Of a DNA stretch of 64,000 bases, positions 24,401 to 37,446 are shown one piece after another. The stretch's first letter is position 1; every line of letters starts with the position of its first letter. This stretch comes from Tubulanus polymorphus (lineage: Eukaryota > Animalia > Nemertea), in NCBI RefSeq assembly GCF_964204645.1, contig NC_134031.1, positions 1,302,001 to 1,366,000 of the forward strand, given 5' to 3'. The position numbers were made by a program, and so were the translations under genes. The notes under the pieces are model-generated. The model was given only the letters and a program-made list of their open reading frames with translations, was not told the origin of the DNA and did not search any database.

Positions 24401-25133
24401 TCACTAAACAACTTATACAAATCAGGTAAAGCCTCGTCGTCGAACTGTTTCACTTTTTATTTCAAATCACCCCGACCTAGTTCTACAGTTATCGGTTGTA
24501 ATTTGATATGAAACTTACCTAAGGGCTCTTTCAGATCAGGCAATTCAAACCATAATTGCAGGATATTTCTCTGACGCTTGTCAAAAATTCCGTTAAAATT
24601 ATAAGATATTCTCAGTAGGGGCTGTATCTAAATAACAGGTTCCTTGTGCTACTCGTCACCAGCAAAAACAACCAGACACCAAAATTTCAAATTCCCGGTT
24701 TAAATCATAAGATATTCTCAGTAGGGGCTGTATGTAAACAACAGGTTCCTCGTGTCACTCGTCACCAGCAAGAACAAAACACCAAAAACTGAATTCCCTT
24801 ATTTGTCTGATCTGTTAGATCCCTGCTAAACATGCTGCATATATTTCTATTTGTGTTTTCAGATACAATAACTACGATCGAAGTGCTTTAAAAACAATTC
24901 CTCAAGACGTCATCGATGAATATTACGAAGCGTTGAAATCATTGACGTCGATCATCCACAACAAGCAGAACGAATACTGGTTAAAACTAAAACCAGGCAC
25001 GGTGATGTTCGTCGATAATTTCCGTAATCTTCACGGTAGATCGTCGTTCAATGGTAAACGCGTTGTCTGCGGTAACTATCTGGCGCGAGATGATTGGTTG
25101 AGTCGAGCGCGTTATCTAGGTTTAACCGTTTGA
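21462..25133 (+). CDS. TMLHE: Trimethyllysine dioxygenase (carnitine biosynthesis); exons ~21462-21558, 21636-21836, 22391-22620, 22988-23163, 24195-24425, 24863-25133
   Basis: Basic mitochondrial-type N-terminus; WLRDHCRCEACYNHKTFQR; DTAYT..IGAHTDSTY (HxD); IQVFHCL..GGESLLVDG; DNFRNLHGR; C-terminal YLARDDWLSRARYLGL. These match TMLHE better than BBOX1. Confidence 0.88.
21929..22195. mobile_element. Non-autonomous Penelope pLTR-derived insertion with inverted arms, in a TMLHE intron
   Basis: 21930-22058 nearly identical to 14902-15030; an inverted copy follows; duplicated partial CTGATGA-GGCTAAC cores in the middle; TAAGTCCAGG directly repeated at 21919-21928 and 22196-22205. Confidence 0.85.
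22671..22823. mobile_element. MITE with GGGATCATTCATTTATTACGTACGCA TIRs and TCA 3-bp TSD (Zator/Harbinger-like)
   Basis: Perfect ~26-bp TIRs flanked by TCA on both sides. Confidence 0.75.
23186..23445 (+). repeat. ~100-bp tandem repeat (x3) containing (GA)n microsatellite, TMLHE intron
   Basis: ATAGAATGATTGATCCATGTTTTGTAAAAT recurs three times, separated by GA runs. Confidence 0.9.
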
Positions 25134-25827
25134 ATTTAGAATCAACGCTAACGTTTCGGAACCTCGGGAACTTATATCAGTTGCATTTTTATGATTCTGC
25201 CCGTTTAGTGCCGGTGATTAGTTGTTGCCTTATGATCGTAATAAATAAGGATTGTATTAAATCGACGAGTATTTTCTGATTCTAGTCCAATTAAATGTAA
25301 CTTATTTTTGTATCAATATTGATGAGGAATCTTTTAAGTAGTTGTGAATATTTCATCGTCAATTTGATAGTCAGATCTTCACGGGTGCTATAGGTAATAA
25401 ATCATATTCATATAAAATAATTACTATTCAAGAGTTTCTGTTATTTATTTCGAGTTCACTCTGATTTTTGGTGCCGGTTTAAAAGAATGGTATTAACTTT
25501 AACCTGGGGGGGGGGGGGTAACTTAATTCACTTCCAGTAGAGTTAACCCCCTGGTTAAAGTTGATATCAATTTATAAAACGTGACCCAACTCCTATTTAA
25601 TCACTGACTCTTCTGCAACCAGAATCGATCAATCAAATGAGCCTACATTGAACAAATCTACAGACATCAACTATTTCTCATTATATTCGATATAACATAC
25701 TCTATTATTATTAGAATAGATCTTTACGATAAATAGCACAGAATTTACAGCACAGTCAAACTCACTTGAGTCGTCATCGGAGAAGTCATCACTGAAGTCT
25801 GATTTCCAATTCAATTAAAGTGTAAAG

Positions 25828-26018
25828 GAACGATGACCACACTCAAACGTGGTGAATGGATAATAAGAACGGATAATAAGATAAAATCCTACTATCCCAC
25901 ACCTGACGATGATCTCTAGGGTGAGATCGAAACGTCGTGTCTTTCATATATTTTAGATTGAATAAATAAATTCTGGTTTTTAAATTCTTTTAATCTGTAA
26001 ATAGTGGGATTTTATCTT
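25828..26018 (+). mobile_element. 191-bp hammerhead-bearing Penelope-related short element with a 14-bp flanking direct repeat
   Basis: ATTAAAGTGTAAAG at 25814-25827 and 26019-26032; internal inverted repeat AATAAGATAAAATCC(T/C)ACTAT; hammerhead at 25899-25940. Confidence 0.8.
25899..25940 (+). ncRNA. Minimal type I hammerhead ribozyme
   Basis: ACAC-CUGACGA-U-GAUCUC-UAGGGU-GAGAUC-GAAA-CG-UC/GUGU: 4-bp stem I, 6-bp stem II, intact core; predicted cleavage after C25936. Confidence 0.8.
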
Positions 26019-26147
26019 ATTAAAGTGTAAAGTTGTTATTTGTAGAAGTCAACAAAATGATCGTCCCAACTCTGATGACTCGTCTAAGTTTCACTGTATT
26101 CAGATGAAGCACCTGACTCTCCGTTCAACCAGTGAAGTGCACGGTAG

Positions 26148-29100
26148 TTATGAAAGTAAAGATTTCACTTGTTCCGGCGTCCGAGGTACGATCGTCGCTG
26201 CATCGCGGTAATCATTATCGCGACTCGTAATCGCCGCATGCATCTGACCGTAAGCAGACGACAAGAGTTCAGCCGATTCTCTACGTACTTTATCCCTGAA
26301 TAAAACAACGGCGGAACGCGTTTAAAAACTATAACAATCGTGGATGATCGAATAACCATGACAACTATCGTTACGACGACCTACCTGATAGAGGAACTGA
26401 GTAATAGAGTACACTGAGGCATGACTAGAGTATCGGGTGACGCTAGATAACTATCAAAACGATTCTGTTAAAGAAAGAAAACAAAAACTTCAGGGTCCAT
26501 TTCCACAGTTCGGGGTTAAGATTTGACCCTGAGTTAACTCATTGAAAATGAACTAATTTCAACTCAGAGTTAACTCTAACTCACAACTGTGGAACTGGGT
26601 CCAGATCAAAATACTGAAATTTCAATGAGAATATGGTAGACTACACGCCGACACTGAATGGTCCTGTACTGAGTGCAGATATTTACCATAGCTGATTTAA
26701 TCGAGATTCCATCCATTCCTGTTTTAACCGATAATGATCCGTGTTTCGGTTGATGCGATTGGATCGTGTTGTAAATCTGCCCGAGTCCGGCTCGATTCAA
26801 AACAAACGACGCCTGTTCGCTGATTAGTGTATCGATATGAGCTTCAACCTACAAAACACACATCAAGAGACTGCAATATGGAACAGAGATCAAGAGACTG
26901 CAATATGGAACAGAGATCAAGAGACTGCAATATGGAACAGAGATCAAGAGACTGCAATATGGAACAGAGATCAAGAGACTGCAATATGGAACAGAGTTCA
27001 GATAGATTGGGACATCCAAAATTCCCCCGATATTCTCGGACCCTTGACCAAAAATTCCCTGATTAAATTCTTAAGATATTCTCTACTCTGAGGCTGTTCC
27101 TTAATTAGAGATTCCTTGAGTAAATCATCACATATCAAACAAGACACGAAAAAAGGTCAAATTCCCTGAATTTTCAAGAAAATAAATCGCCCGATTTTCC
27201 TATATCTGTAAGTGCCTGAGAGTTGTAATGCAGTGGCTAGTTTTGACTTCTAACTGGTTGATAAAAAGTTTCCCAGTGAGATTTTCTGTGAATTTTGAGT
27301 TTATCTTTTACCTGAGCTTGTAACATTTCTAGTCTTTGATCCGTGTATTCGTACAAAGCTAGAGTCGTCTGCATCGAGTAAATACAGTTTATCATATACG
27401 TCGCCATGTCGATAGTGTTTAATTTACTCGCGGATACTGAACACATCTGCAACAACGGATCTATTAAACTAGCCAGAATCTGAAAATACATAGAATACAA
27501 AATCATACAGTAATTCACCTTGTAGCCTAACTCCAGAGATAGCTGACTAACATAACTCGTGACAAAAAGAGAAATCATTGAGGTTTTCTGCTTTTATTCT
27601 TTGAAACCTGAGGTAAAATGTAAGGTCCAGTTCCACAGTTGTGAGAGTTAAAATCAGTTCATTTCCAAATCTTTTAACTCCGACTCAAATCTTGATTCAC
27701 AACTGCGGAACTTCCTGATCTCAATGATCCTGGTCACTTGAGTTGATAAAATCGATATCAAACCTGTTGGAAATCTTGTTTTCGGGCATCAAGAGGCACA
27801 ACTGAAGAATCGTGAGACGCCAGCACATCCTGAAGTAACTGAAGTGTTTCTAGTAATGATGGAGGTGAACTGAGATCAGCTGGAGGTAATTCAACCTGAA
27901 AAATAGTTATTGATTTCATTCACAGATCTACAGACTGAATATTTAACAACTAGCTCTGATTATACTCACTTTCTCGACTAATTTACTAGCGTGGCAATTC
28001 AAACTGTTGAAAAACATTTTCAAGCTTAAAGTTTCCATTTCCATGAGGGTAGTGAGCAACGACGCATCTGATGAAAGAATTTGTCTGAAAAATTTACTTT
28101 TCTTTATCACGTTTGATAGAGTGAAAGATTTTGCTGTAGGATGCAAGACAAAGTAACTCCTCCCCCTCTCTCTCACTCCTCCCTCTCTCTCTTACCCTAT
28201 TGTTTGAAAGTAAAACTTGAGCAGATTTGTCAACTTGTATAAAGTTACAGCCTCCGATTCTGAGATTAAGACTTGTTCAACTCGTACCTGAAAATCATCA
28301 TACACTGATGTACCAGACAGAAGCTATGTATAAAATACACACCCTATGATCCATGTATTAACTGACAAAGATAAAAATCCCTGCCTCAATCTTACCTTGA
28401 ATGGTCGACAAATTCCCTCAGTGATGTGTCCCAATACATCCTGAACCATTTCACCAGTGGCTAGAATTAACAGTTTGCAGATTTACAAAAATACTCCAGT
28501 GAAATCATTAATATGGATTTAGCATTAGCATTAGGGCTGAAAGTTCCAGTCATCAGCAGAGAATTGAGTCAGTTATAGAGGAAGCATGCTGGCCAAGTTT
28601 GAGTCCACTTTCAATTCAATAACTCATTCCATCTACCAGAATAGGATCTTGGGTAACATTTCAACAGAATGAAACTCAATAACCAGAATATGTGAAAATC
28701 CAAGCAAGATTCATTCAGTTAAATAACTAATTTATGAAGAGTAAATGAAGCTTATTGAAGTATCTAACTTTGGGTATATTTCGAGGAACCTAAACCATCA
28801 AATCTATAATTCAACATAATTTACCTTTCATCAGTAATTCTTCTGCATATGGAAAATCAACAACAAAAAATATAAAACACAGAATTGGACACTAGAGGTA
28901 TGATGAGAATCCTCACAAAGGGGTTCCTCATATAGACCGGTATTCATGAATTTCAAAGAACTCACCCAATGATGTGCACGATCTCAGCAATGTTTGTAGA
29001 TGTTCTTTCTCAGAAGCCGCCGCCTGATGAAGCCATGCTAGTATATCACCGGTATAACGCAGTGGATCATGGGAATGTAACTCAATCGGACGAGGTGTTC

Positions 29101-31777
29101 CTCCAGGACCTGATGTCATTAAATCATTTCAAAACAGAATTTAACTTTATTCAATCGACACAATGATACCGAGTATAAATAATGATGAAATAATGTTAAG
29201 TAAGGTCATGAAGGATGACTGCAGTGAACTGATGTAAATCTCAGTGTAGAGTTTACGAATAAAACCGACAGTTACTTCTGTAAATAACAGTTTATTGCGC
29301 TACAATTTGAAGTTCAACCTAAACCTCATCATCAATTGTATTTTTTGTAATTTTATTTCTCTGATGATAAGGTTTAGGTTGAACCTCTAAACTGTAAGGC
29401 AATAAACTGTTTTTTACAGAAGTAACTGTGGGTTTAAGTCATGAAGGATGTTTGAGCAAAACTTTGCTTATCCCGCACATCTTCCTATGAACTTAATGAA
29501 CTTCCGATGTTTTCAATCACACAGATGGAGGCTTGAAAATGATTAGAACTTTGCGTATCCCGTATATCACGAGAACTACCGCCCTTTACAAATAGTTTAT
29601 TTTGTTTAACTTACCGCCTCTCGTCAGAGCATCTATAAAACCTCTAACTACAGCAGTGCGTCTCGCTGTACCGAACTCATCGAGAGTATACCGGAATAAC
29701 ACCGGCCGATCCTGCAACGCTTCCATCGATTGACACAAGAGGGAGCTGATATCGGGTGAATCGCCACTCAACGCACGACATTCATCTGTATTCATAAAAT
29801 TAAATACATGAACGTAATGATAACTGTTTCATTAATCAAACTGAATATCTAATTACAATGTACTTACTTTGTGCCCAGCGATAAAGTCTCTCGTACGATG
29901 ATTCCTGATGTAACGCCATTGATTCCATGATTTCCAACCTGAAATAATCAAAGTCGATTACTCAATGTCTCTATTTACCCGGGGTGAAAAATTCTAACTC
30001 AATGAAGCTATAAGATACGTTCTTTCTCATTTCTGCTGAGCTTGAAAGTTGATCCGGCCAGCTGCCTACCTACCCTGATCAAGCTAGCAATAACAGACCC
30101 GGCAGTTATAGAAATGAACTGATTACAGATTCTATTGCAGTTTACAAAATGATCCACCCGATTAGGAGAAATTAGGATCACATTATTGTAGCCTAATATA
30201 AAATATTTACCCAGCAGTTTGATGATTTGTGCGTAACAGTATTTTACAGTCGTTGTGAATACGTTTCACTCGCTCGAGAGCAACAAAAAATTCCTACAGA
30301 AAAAACCATGAATAAAACAAACATGAAAGTTTATAAAAGATGGCATGTGGTGAAAATCTAATCTAAATAATTCATACCTTGTGTAAGCTTCCGTTTCTGT
30401 TTCCGCGTAGTACATTGATCTCATCAGGCGAAAGTTGGAATTTGGATAAAAATGCATCTGCCACTTGAGACTTCATTGTTAACACCTGACTGTAATAATA
30501 ATCAGTATTTCAATTTCCCTTGGTGCCTCACTGCACAGGCCTCACTGTGCAGGCCTCACTGTGCAGGCCTCACAGCGCTGACTCATGGTGCAGACCTCAC
30601 ACTGCTGACCTCACAGTGCAGGCCTCACTGTGCTGACTCATGATGCAGACCTCACACTGCTGACCTCACTGCGCAGGCCTCACTGCGCTGACTCATGGTG
30701 CAGACCTCACAGTGCAGGCGTCGCTGCACTGACTCATGGTGCAGACCTCACAGTGCAGGCCTCACTGCGCTGACTCATGGTGCAGACCTCACAGCGCAGA
30801 CCTCACAGCGCTGACCTCACAGCACTGGCTCATGGTGCAGACCTCACAGTGCAGGCCTCACTGCGCTGACTCATGGTGCAGACCTCACAGCACTGACTCA
30901 TGGTGCTGACCTCACAGCATAGAAAATACGGGTAAACTGAATCTCACCTTTCTGTTTGAAGTTGCGTAGTTTGATTTATCAGGTCATGCGTTTGTTCTTT
31001 CGCTTGCTGAAACATACAGGAGAATGCAACAGCTGCATTGCCGTAGTTTCTCGTGATATTTGAATCAAAGAATATTTTGAAGATGGTTTTTGGACGGAAT
31101 CGAGATGTTAAACTGTGGACCTACTTTCAATCTTGTAGTCATATCTAAACAGCAATCATTCATAGCTTTCACATCGGAATAAATTCCATCAAGTTGCTGC
31201 AATAATATGATAGGCCTACATGTGAAATCAATCTTTCAGAAATACTACATAGGCCTAACTTCATATGGGAGCCAGTAATTAAAAATCTAGCGATTAAAAG
31301 GTTACCTCGTTAACTTTCTGAAATGATTCGACGAAATCTTCATTGATTACGAGACTTCGACGTTCGATATCGCTGCGTAAATTACGCCTTGTTCTTAAAT
31401 TATTGTCTGTGAAAAATGTCGACAAAGCTTTCAACGCTTCCAACATTTCCTGGAAAAATGAAGAGTAGAAATTTTTAAGTTTCAAGACAACTTTTTTTGA
31501 AGCAACTGATCCGAAACAGAAATAGGCTGGTGGGGTGGGAAGGAAGGAGAACCCGAGTCCGAGAGGGGGTTAACTCAGAATCTCAGTGTATTTTTATTAT
31601 TTCTCCAAAACCGAGCAACTGAAACCAAAACAGATGAACCCATTGAAAAGATGAGTATCTAACCTTGTCATTGTCGAGTCTCGTATCGAGAATTTTCGCT
31701 AGTTTCTTCGATAAAGGGTTATTTTGTGGCTGAACAGCCGGTTCTGAACCACTTCTGTCAGCCATGTTTGTTGACAT
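26148..31777 (-). CDS. COG6: Conserved oligomeric Golgi complex subunit 6 (multi-exon)
   Basis: [49 protein letters not shown]...[47 protein letters not shown]-terminal [11 protein letters not shown]; start ATG 31777 or 31765. Confidence 0.95.
26862..26996 (+). repeat. 27-bp tandem repeat x5 (ATCAAGAGACTGCAATATGGAACAGAG), COG6 intron
   Basis: Five perfect copies. Confidence 0.95.
29262..29436. mobile_element. Palindromic MITE in COG6 intron
   Basis: ~65-bp imperfect inverted arms AAACCGACAGTTACTTCTGTAAA...TTTACAGAAGTAACTGTGGGTTT. Confidence 0.65.
30525..30920 (+). repeat. GC-rich minisatellite (14/41-bp units, GCAGACCTCACAGT / GCTGACTCATGGT), COG6 intron
   Basis: Obvious degenerate tandem periodicity. 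Confidence 0.9.
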
Positions 31778-32850
31778 TTTACGTGCCAATCACCGTCAAG
31801 TGCTGCGTCTATACAAATCGTTAACGGTGAATCTGTGAACTAACTTATTACTCGCGTGCCACAGTAAGAATACCGAGATAGTTCACAAATTATTTCGCTC
31901 GGCCGGTGGATCAACTGAAAAATTCTGCATTTATGAACTGAAGTACCGCAAAACTGCTGTATTTTATGGAAGCCCTGAGATGACATTGCCAGTTGCTTTA
32001 GTAGTTGCCAGTTGCGAGTTGAGCGTCGACAACGTATGGTTTAATTGTGCTGTTGATATCACATCTAAGCTTGTTGGCAGACCAGTTGGTGGTGAGATTA
32101 TTTTTTTCGGTTGAAAAAAAGAAGTAGGCGAGATTACAAGAATAAAACACAGGAGTTTCATAAAAAAGGTTTAACTCTTAAATCGATTTAATTTCTTCAT
32201 TAAAACAGTTTTTCTTAAACGATAGGCCTCAATCCAGGATTTGCTATATTGAACATAACTAAACGAATGACAACTTTTAAAATCAATCATATTTATTCTC
32301 ATACAACAATTATAGAAAATGCCAGGAGTATCCGAGGAATTATAATGTAAGCTCCTCAAACACGTGGACTTTAAAAATCAACTAGTCCAACCACCATAGG
32401 CGTATAAACTATAAATGAGTTTATACACACCCATGTAATGATTCAATTGATATGAACATGTCGTTTTAAAAAGTATTTTAAAGCCAATCAAAAAGATTTC
32501 TGATTTCACAATACTCTTCGGCAGCTAAACACTTGCTTCTAACCGGTCAACAAGTTGTGTCCGGTTTAAGCTGTATTGCCATTGATATAACCGCATCATC
32601 ATGTCTTCCGCACATCCTCGTCTCCGGACAATGCTGGTGGAAATATTGGGTTGAAAAAAGAGGTGGATTGCAAAAAAACCACTGACTGGTCAACTAAAAA
32701 AGTTCAGAATAGGTAATTAACTAAACAAATAAAAAAAAAGAATTTCAAACAAACATTTATTATCATACAACAATTATACAAAATGCCAGGTTTGTGCTCG
32801 AGGAATTATAACGTAAGCTCCTCAAACACGTGGACTGTATTTCAAAAACA

Positions 32851-32970
32851 GTCCAACCATGGACGTATAAACTATAAACTAGAGTTTATACAACCATGGT
32901 CCAACCATAGACTCTTAAACGGAAATGTCTATGGGCCACAACCATGGGCTCTAAACTGTTAGAGTCCATG
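32851..32970. repeat. Chain of three 28-41-bp CATRG..CYATG palindromes separated by GTCCAAC-type spacers
   Basis: Units 32858-32898, 32906-32933, 32943-32970; spacers GTCCAAC, GTCCAAC, GGCCACAAC. Confidence 0.75.
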
Positions 32971-35900
32971 GCTCCCCGCACTAAAACCAGAGGTAAACCT
33001 GGCCGAATACCCTGGAAAGCGTAAGATTTAATGTTGAATCAATCTGATTTACATTTTTACTCTTAAAAGTTGACCCGGCCAGCCGCCTATCTACCTAATA
33101 GGTATTACTTTAAAATCATGACCAAGCTAACCATAACAGATTCGGCAGTTATAGAGATTAACTGATTACAAATATCATTGTTATTTACAAAATGACAGCT
33201 GGCCGATCAGGAAAAACAAGGTATCATTTTTAGCCTTATAATGAGCTATCCAAAAAATAAGATTACCGTACTAGCCTTTAACATCACAATTGCTACTGCA
33301 AGGTTTTTCAAGGTTTTTATTCACCAAAAACATTTCGACTACAACTGATTCAGAAAATTTGAATCAATAGGATAATAATAAAATAACACAAAGAATTGTA
33401 AACTTTGACCCATAAAACACCGACAATTGGGACCAGTCTGAATGTCTAAGACTATTAATTTGACAATTCATGAAGTCACCAGGCATAAGTGACATTTGGC
33501 TATTTCATGAAATATGAATCATTTTACCATATCAACTCTTCAAATGACAATGTAAGAGATATTTAGGATACTCTGTTTATGTATCATCAATCATCAAAGA
33601 ACTACATAACATATCTCCAACATATAAACATTAAAACTCCATAAATCCACAAATTCGCTCTCTCAAATAATCAATCTCTAATTTCATTTCATTAAATATT
33701 ATTCTTAAAAGAAAACCGAAATTTCGCAAACTCTGCTTTGTATTTCAGGAATTGTAAGTTACTCGTTAACACATGAGTGAACTGTATTCGAAAAACAGTT
33801 CAACATAAAAGCATTAAAACTAATAATACCTACAGATTCAAACTGGAAAGCTTGAGATTAACTAATCAACCTTAATTTTTTCATGTCCATTAACATTATT
33901 TTACAAGATAACTAGAGTTTTAAGTAAGACAGCTAGAGTTTTACCAACCTTGCCTGAGGTTTTCAAACATTATCAATGTTATTTTCTCAACATTGTTACG
34001 TTTAATGCTAAGTATTTTGAAGGTGTTTTTAATTAAGATATATTGAGTATCATCGTATAGATATTTCATTTATCCATATATCTAGGTAAATTACAAATAA
34101 CTGATCGCTGAGATATTTACAATTAAGCTGAATTTGATAACTTTTTCGAGATCGGAAATGCATCATGCGCAGATTTGAATCAGGCCCCATATATTGTAAA
34201 ACTGACAATATAGCTATCAAAACATAGCTAGGACAATTTACTAATCAACACTGTTCATATTTCCTCATTTATAGAATAGAATGCTCCTCTATATTTGATA
34301 GGACCTCAGTTTGATAGTTGCTATAAACCTAACTAAACAGTCGAAAAATTCTAAGATGAATAATGAACACGTATGTGTCGTTTTATTCTCATGACAAAAC
34401 CTTGCTAAATGACAGGTATTTACTCGAGGAATTATCATGTAAGTTCCTTGTTAACAAATGGACTGTATTTTAATAACGGTGCGTCATAAAAGCATTCAAA
34501 CTAGAGACAAAACCTACAAAGTCCCGCTTTCGCTGCCCCTCGTCTTAACTTATGATTTTCAAACATTATCAGTTCGCTCATTTAATACATTTAATACAAA
34601 GTTATTTGAAAACATGACAATAATTTTACTATCGATAACTAATCATGTTTATAGCTGTTTAACATTCTTTCTAAAAAAAGAGTAAAATGTAAAATCTCCC
34701 AGATATTATCCCTAAAACAATTAACAGTTACAGCAGTGATAGGGTGTGATATATAGGTAAAAGGGCGGGCGATCTTTCATCAGTTATTTGAAGCATTCTA
34801 TCGAATCAGTTATTTTTTAGTGTGTTTGGTTTAGTTAAGGTTTATGGTTATTTGTTTTGTTTATTACTAACTGATCCGATAGAACACTTAAAACAACAAC
34901 AGAAAAGATCTCAAGAGGTTGGGAAACTCTAGAGAAGGTTGTTCCATGTGAAGAAGAACCTTTAATGATTAGATTAAGTTATTTAAAAAAAATTCCTGAT
35001 GATGATTATAATTATAGAAGTTAACTATTGTTTTTTCGTTTTTGTTTATTTTTTATTACTTATGATTTTATTTGTTTTTTTTTTTTAATATTTATTTTGT
35101 TATGTATTTTTTTTTCATTGTTTTATTTTATTTATTTACTTCTTTAATTATGTATTTTGTACTTTGTATTTTGTACTATTTGTTACTATTTACATCATCA
35201 GGAATTTCTTACCGGTGGAAATATGGGCTCACTTTAAAAAAGTGCTACAAATTCACTGCTGCTCCTAAATAATCGTTTATCATTAAAAACCCCGTTTTGG
35301 AGTTAAGCGATCATTGAAAGCAACTCAACCTTATGATATGGATGACGATGAAAGAAGTTAAAACAGCTATAAACGGAATTAAAACGATCAAAATTATTGC
35401 TGGCCATTATCATTTATTCCTTTATATCACATTATTCCTAGCTATACCTCTCTTATACCTCTGTGGATACAATGTACTAAGATACAAGTTTTCATATACC
35501 TAGCTATGATTATCTACATGGGAGCTCAATGCTAAAACTCTATGTGAAAATCGAGATATTCTACTCATTAGTCAAATCGCTTTTATGGGCATTGGAAAAA
35601 AATTATGGCATCAACAAATACATCAACACTTTGGTATATAAACTTAGTATTTGTACACAGAACACTGCCAAACATTATAGTCTATGTTTTTCTTAACTAC
35701 GTGATTATTCAAGGGCGTAGCCAGTCTATACTGAAGGCCCACTTTTTGGCCAAGGAATCATTTTCAAAACATCTTTATTCAAAGCCCAAGTATTTCAACG
35801 AACCTACGTCGAACCGTGTTGCTGAATGCGATCAATACCATCAATTAATGGAGCGTAGATTTCACGAGACTCCAAGAAGGAACTTTCTGTCACATTACAA

Positions 35901-36820
35901 AGGACATGACACATCTGTTTACAAATCGAAAACAGTTTGCCTAATCAATATGAAAGAATTAGGATGCCAAATATGAATAGTTCCTTCTCAGGCCCAGAGC
36001 CCTAATTATCTAACTTCAATTTGCATTAATCAACATTAAAACTATTTCTTTATTTCCGCCTCTTCAAAATAGACAGTGCATTTTAAGACGCATTTTGAAA
36101 CCCATGTTACACATCAGACTGGTTTGTAAAAAGGTAATGCTCAAAATAAATCAATACTTTACATATTCTACTGACGTTGCTGCTCCTGAACAAGTGTTTA
36201 TAAGGTACGCATTGTCTGTGCTGCTCCTGAATGAATGTTCACAATATATTTACATTGTCTCTACTGCTCCTGACTTATTGTTTATATATAACACACGCAT
36301 TGTCTGTGCTCCACGTGTAGAAGAAATCGGTCATTGGGCGATAAACCGCTGCTGGCTGAATTTCTCATCTGGACTTCTAGGCCTACGCAGTTGGACTCTT
36401 CTGTGGTAGTTGATGATTTCAATTCAAGTTAGAATCTTCTGTTGGCAGTTTTAATCAGTAGATTCTAGATGACGAGTTGATCTCAGGGTGGGCTTCTTCT
36501 TATAGATGTGATTTAGCTAAAATGAATAAAAGAAGATATCCTGTAATTATACAATATCTTACAATCTACACAATTTTTCATGTAGCATTAATGATAATAA
36601 AATCAATTTACCTTTCCAGATAACTTGGTTTAGTGTCAGCTAGCAGTTCTAAGTTGGTTGATTAGTAAAATTCAAGGTGCATTCTTCTGTGGTCTGTTCT
36701 AATCAGTAGATTCTAGATGATTAGTTGATCTTAGTATGGGCTTTTTCTTATAGATGTGATATAGCTGAAATGCACAAAAGGAGATATCCTGTATTCACAC
36801 AATATTTCATACAGCATTAA

Positions 36821-37446
36821 CCCTTTTTAAGTTCATGCTCGACCGTAGGTCGAGTCTCGGCATGCGCTGTAAAAGTGTAAATAATCGTCGTTTCACCTAC
36901 AGGTTTTCATCATAGCACATCATTAGTCGGTAGATGGCGATTCTGTCGATTATTCGCCGTAAGAATTTTTGATGGTTGCAATTCATTGTTTTTGAGCAAT
37001 TTTGAGTCAAAATTTGTCATTTTTTCGAAATAAATAAGGTAAAATCATGAATACAGATCAAGTAATCATAAATCTTTGCTTATGATGAGTTTGGAGACAA
37101 TGATTAAGAGCTAATAGACGGTGAATCCAGTGACTTTATGAAACAGTTCAGATGATATTTATGATATAGACAACGAAAATCAAACCCTTCTCAAGGCCAA
37201 GTCCTGGCCCCGAATCTGATGAATCTGACAAATACTGACCAATGCTATCTAACTAAAATACTCAAACCTGGTATCATATGAAAGGTCATAATATTGTCTA
37301 AAACTTTTTTTTCACTGCTAAGCTATTGGACCGATAGTTTTTGAACTTTATGGCTTCAAATATGAGTTTTCGAAAAGCGCAACAATGGCCGAAAAAAATT
37401 GAATTTCTAGGGTAGTCACAGAGAAAAAAACTTGAACTTAAAAGGG
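36821..37446. mobile_element. piggyBac-type non-autonomous element
   Basis: TTAA-CCCTTTTTAAGTTCA...TGAACTTAAAAGGG-TTAA; interrupts one array unit whose empty paralogs read GCATTAATGATAATA. Confidence 0.85.

Noticed and set aside
26827-27091. Repeat ORFs or CRISPR-like array
   Set aside because: Identical 27-bp units with no unique spacers, inside a COG6 intron: a simple minisatellite.
34990-35207. CTGATGA within a 15-bp inverted repeat around a T-rich tract
   Set aside because: No GAAA half-core after a stem; at most a decayed remnant, and the F/Y-rich ORF is compositional.
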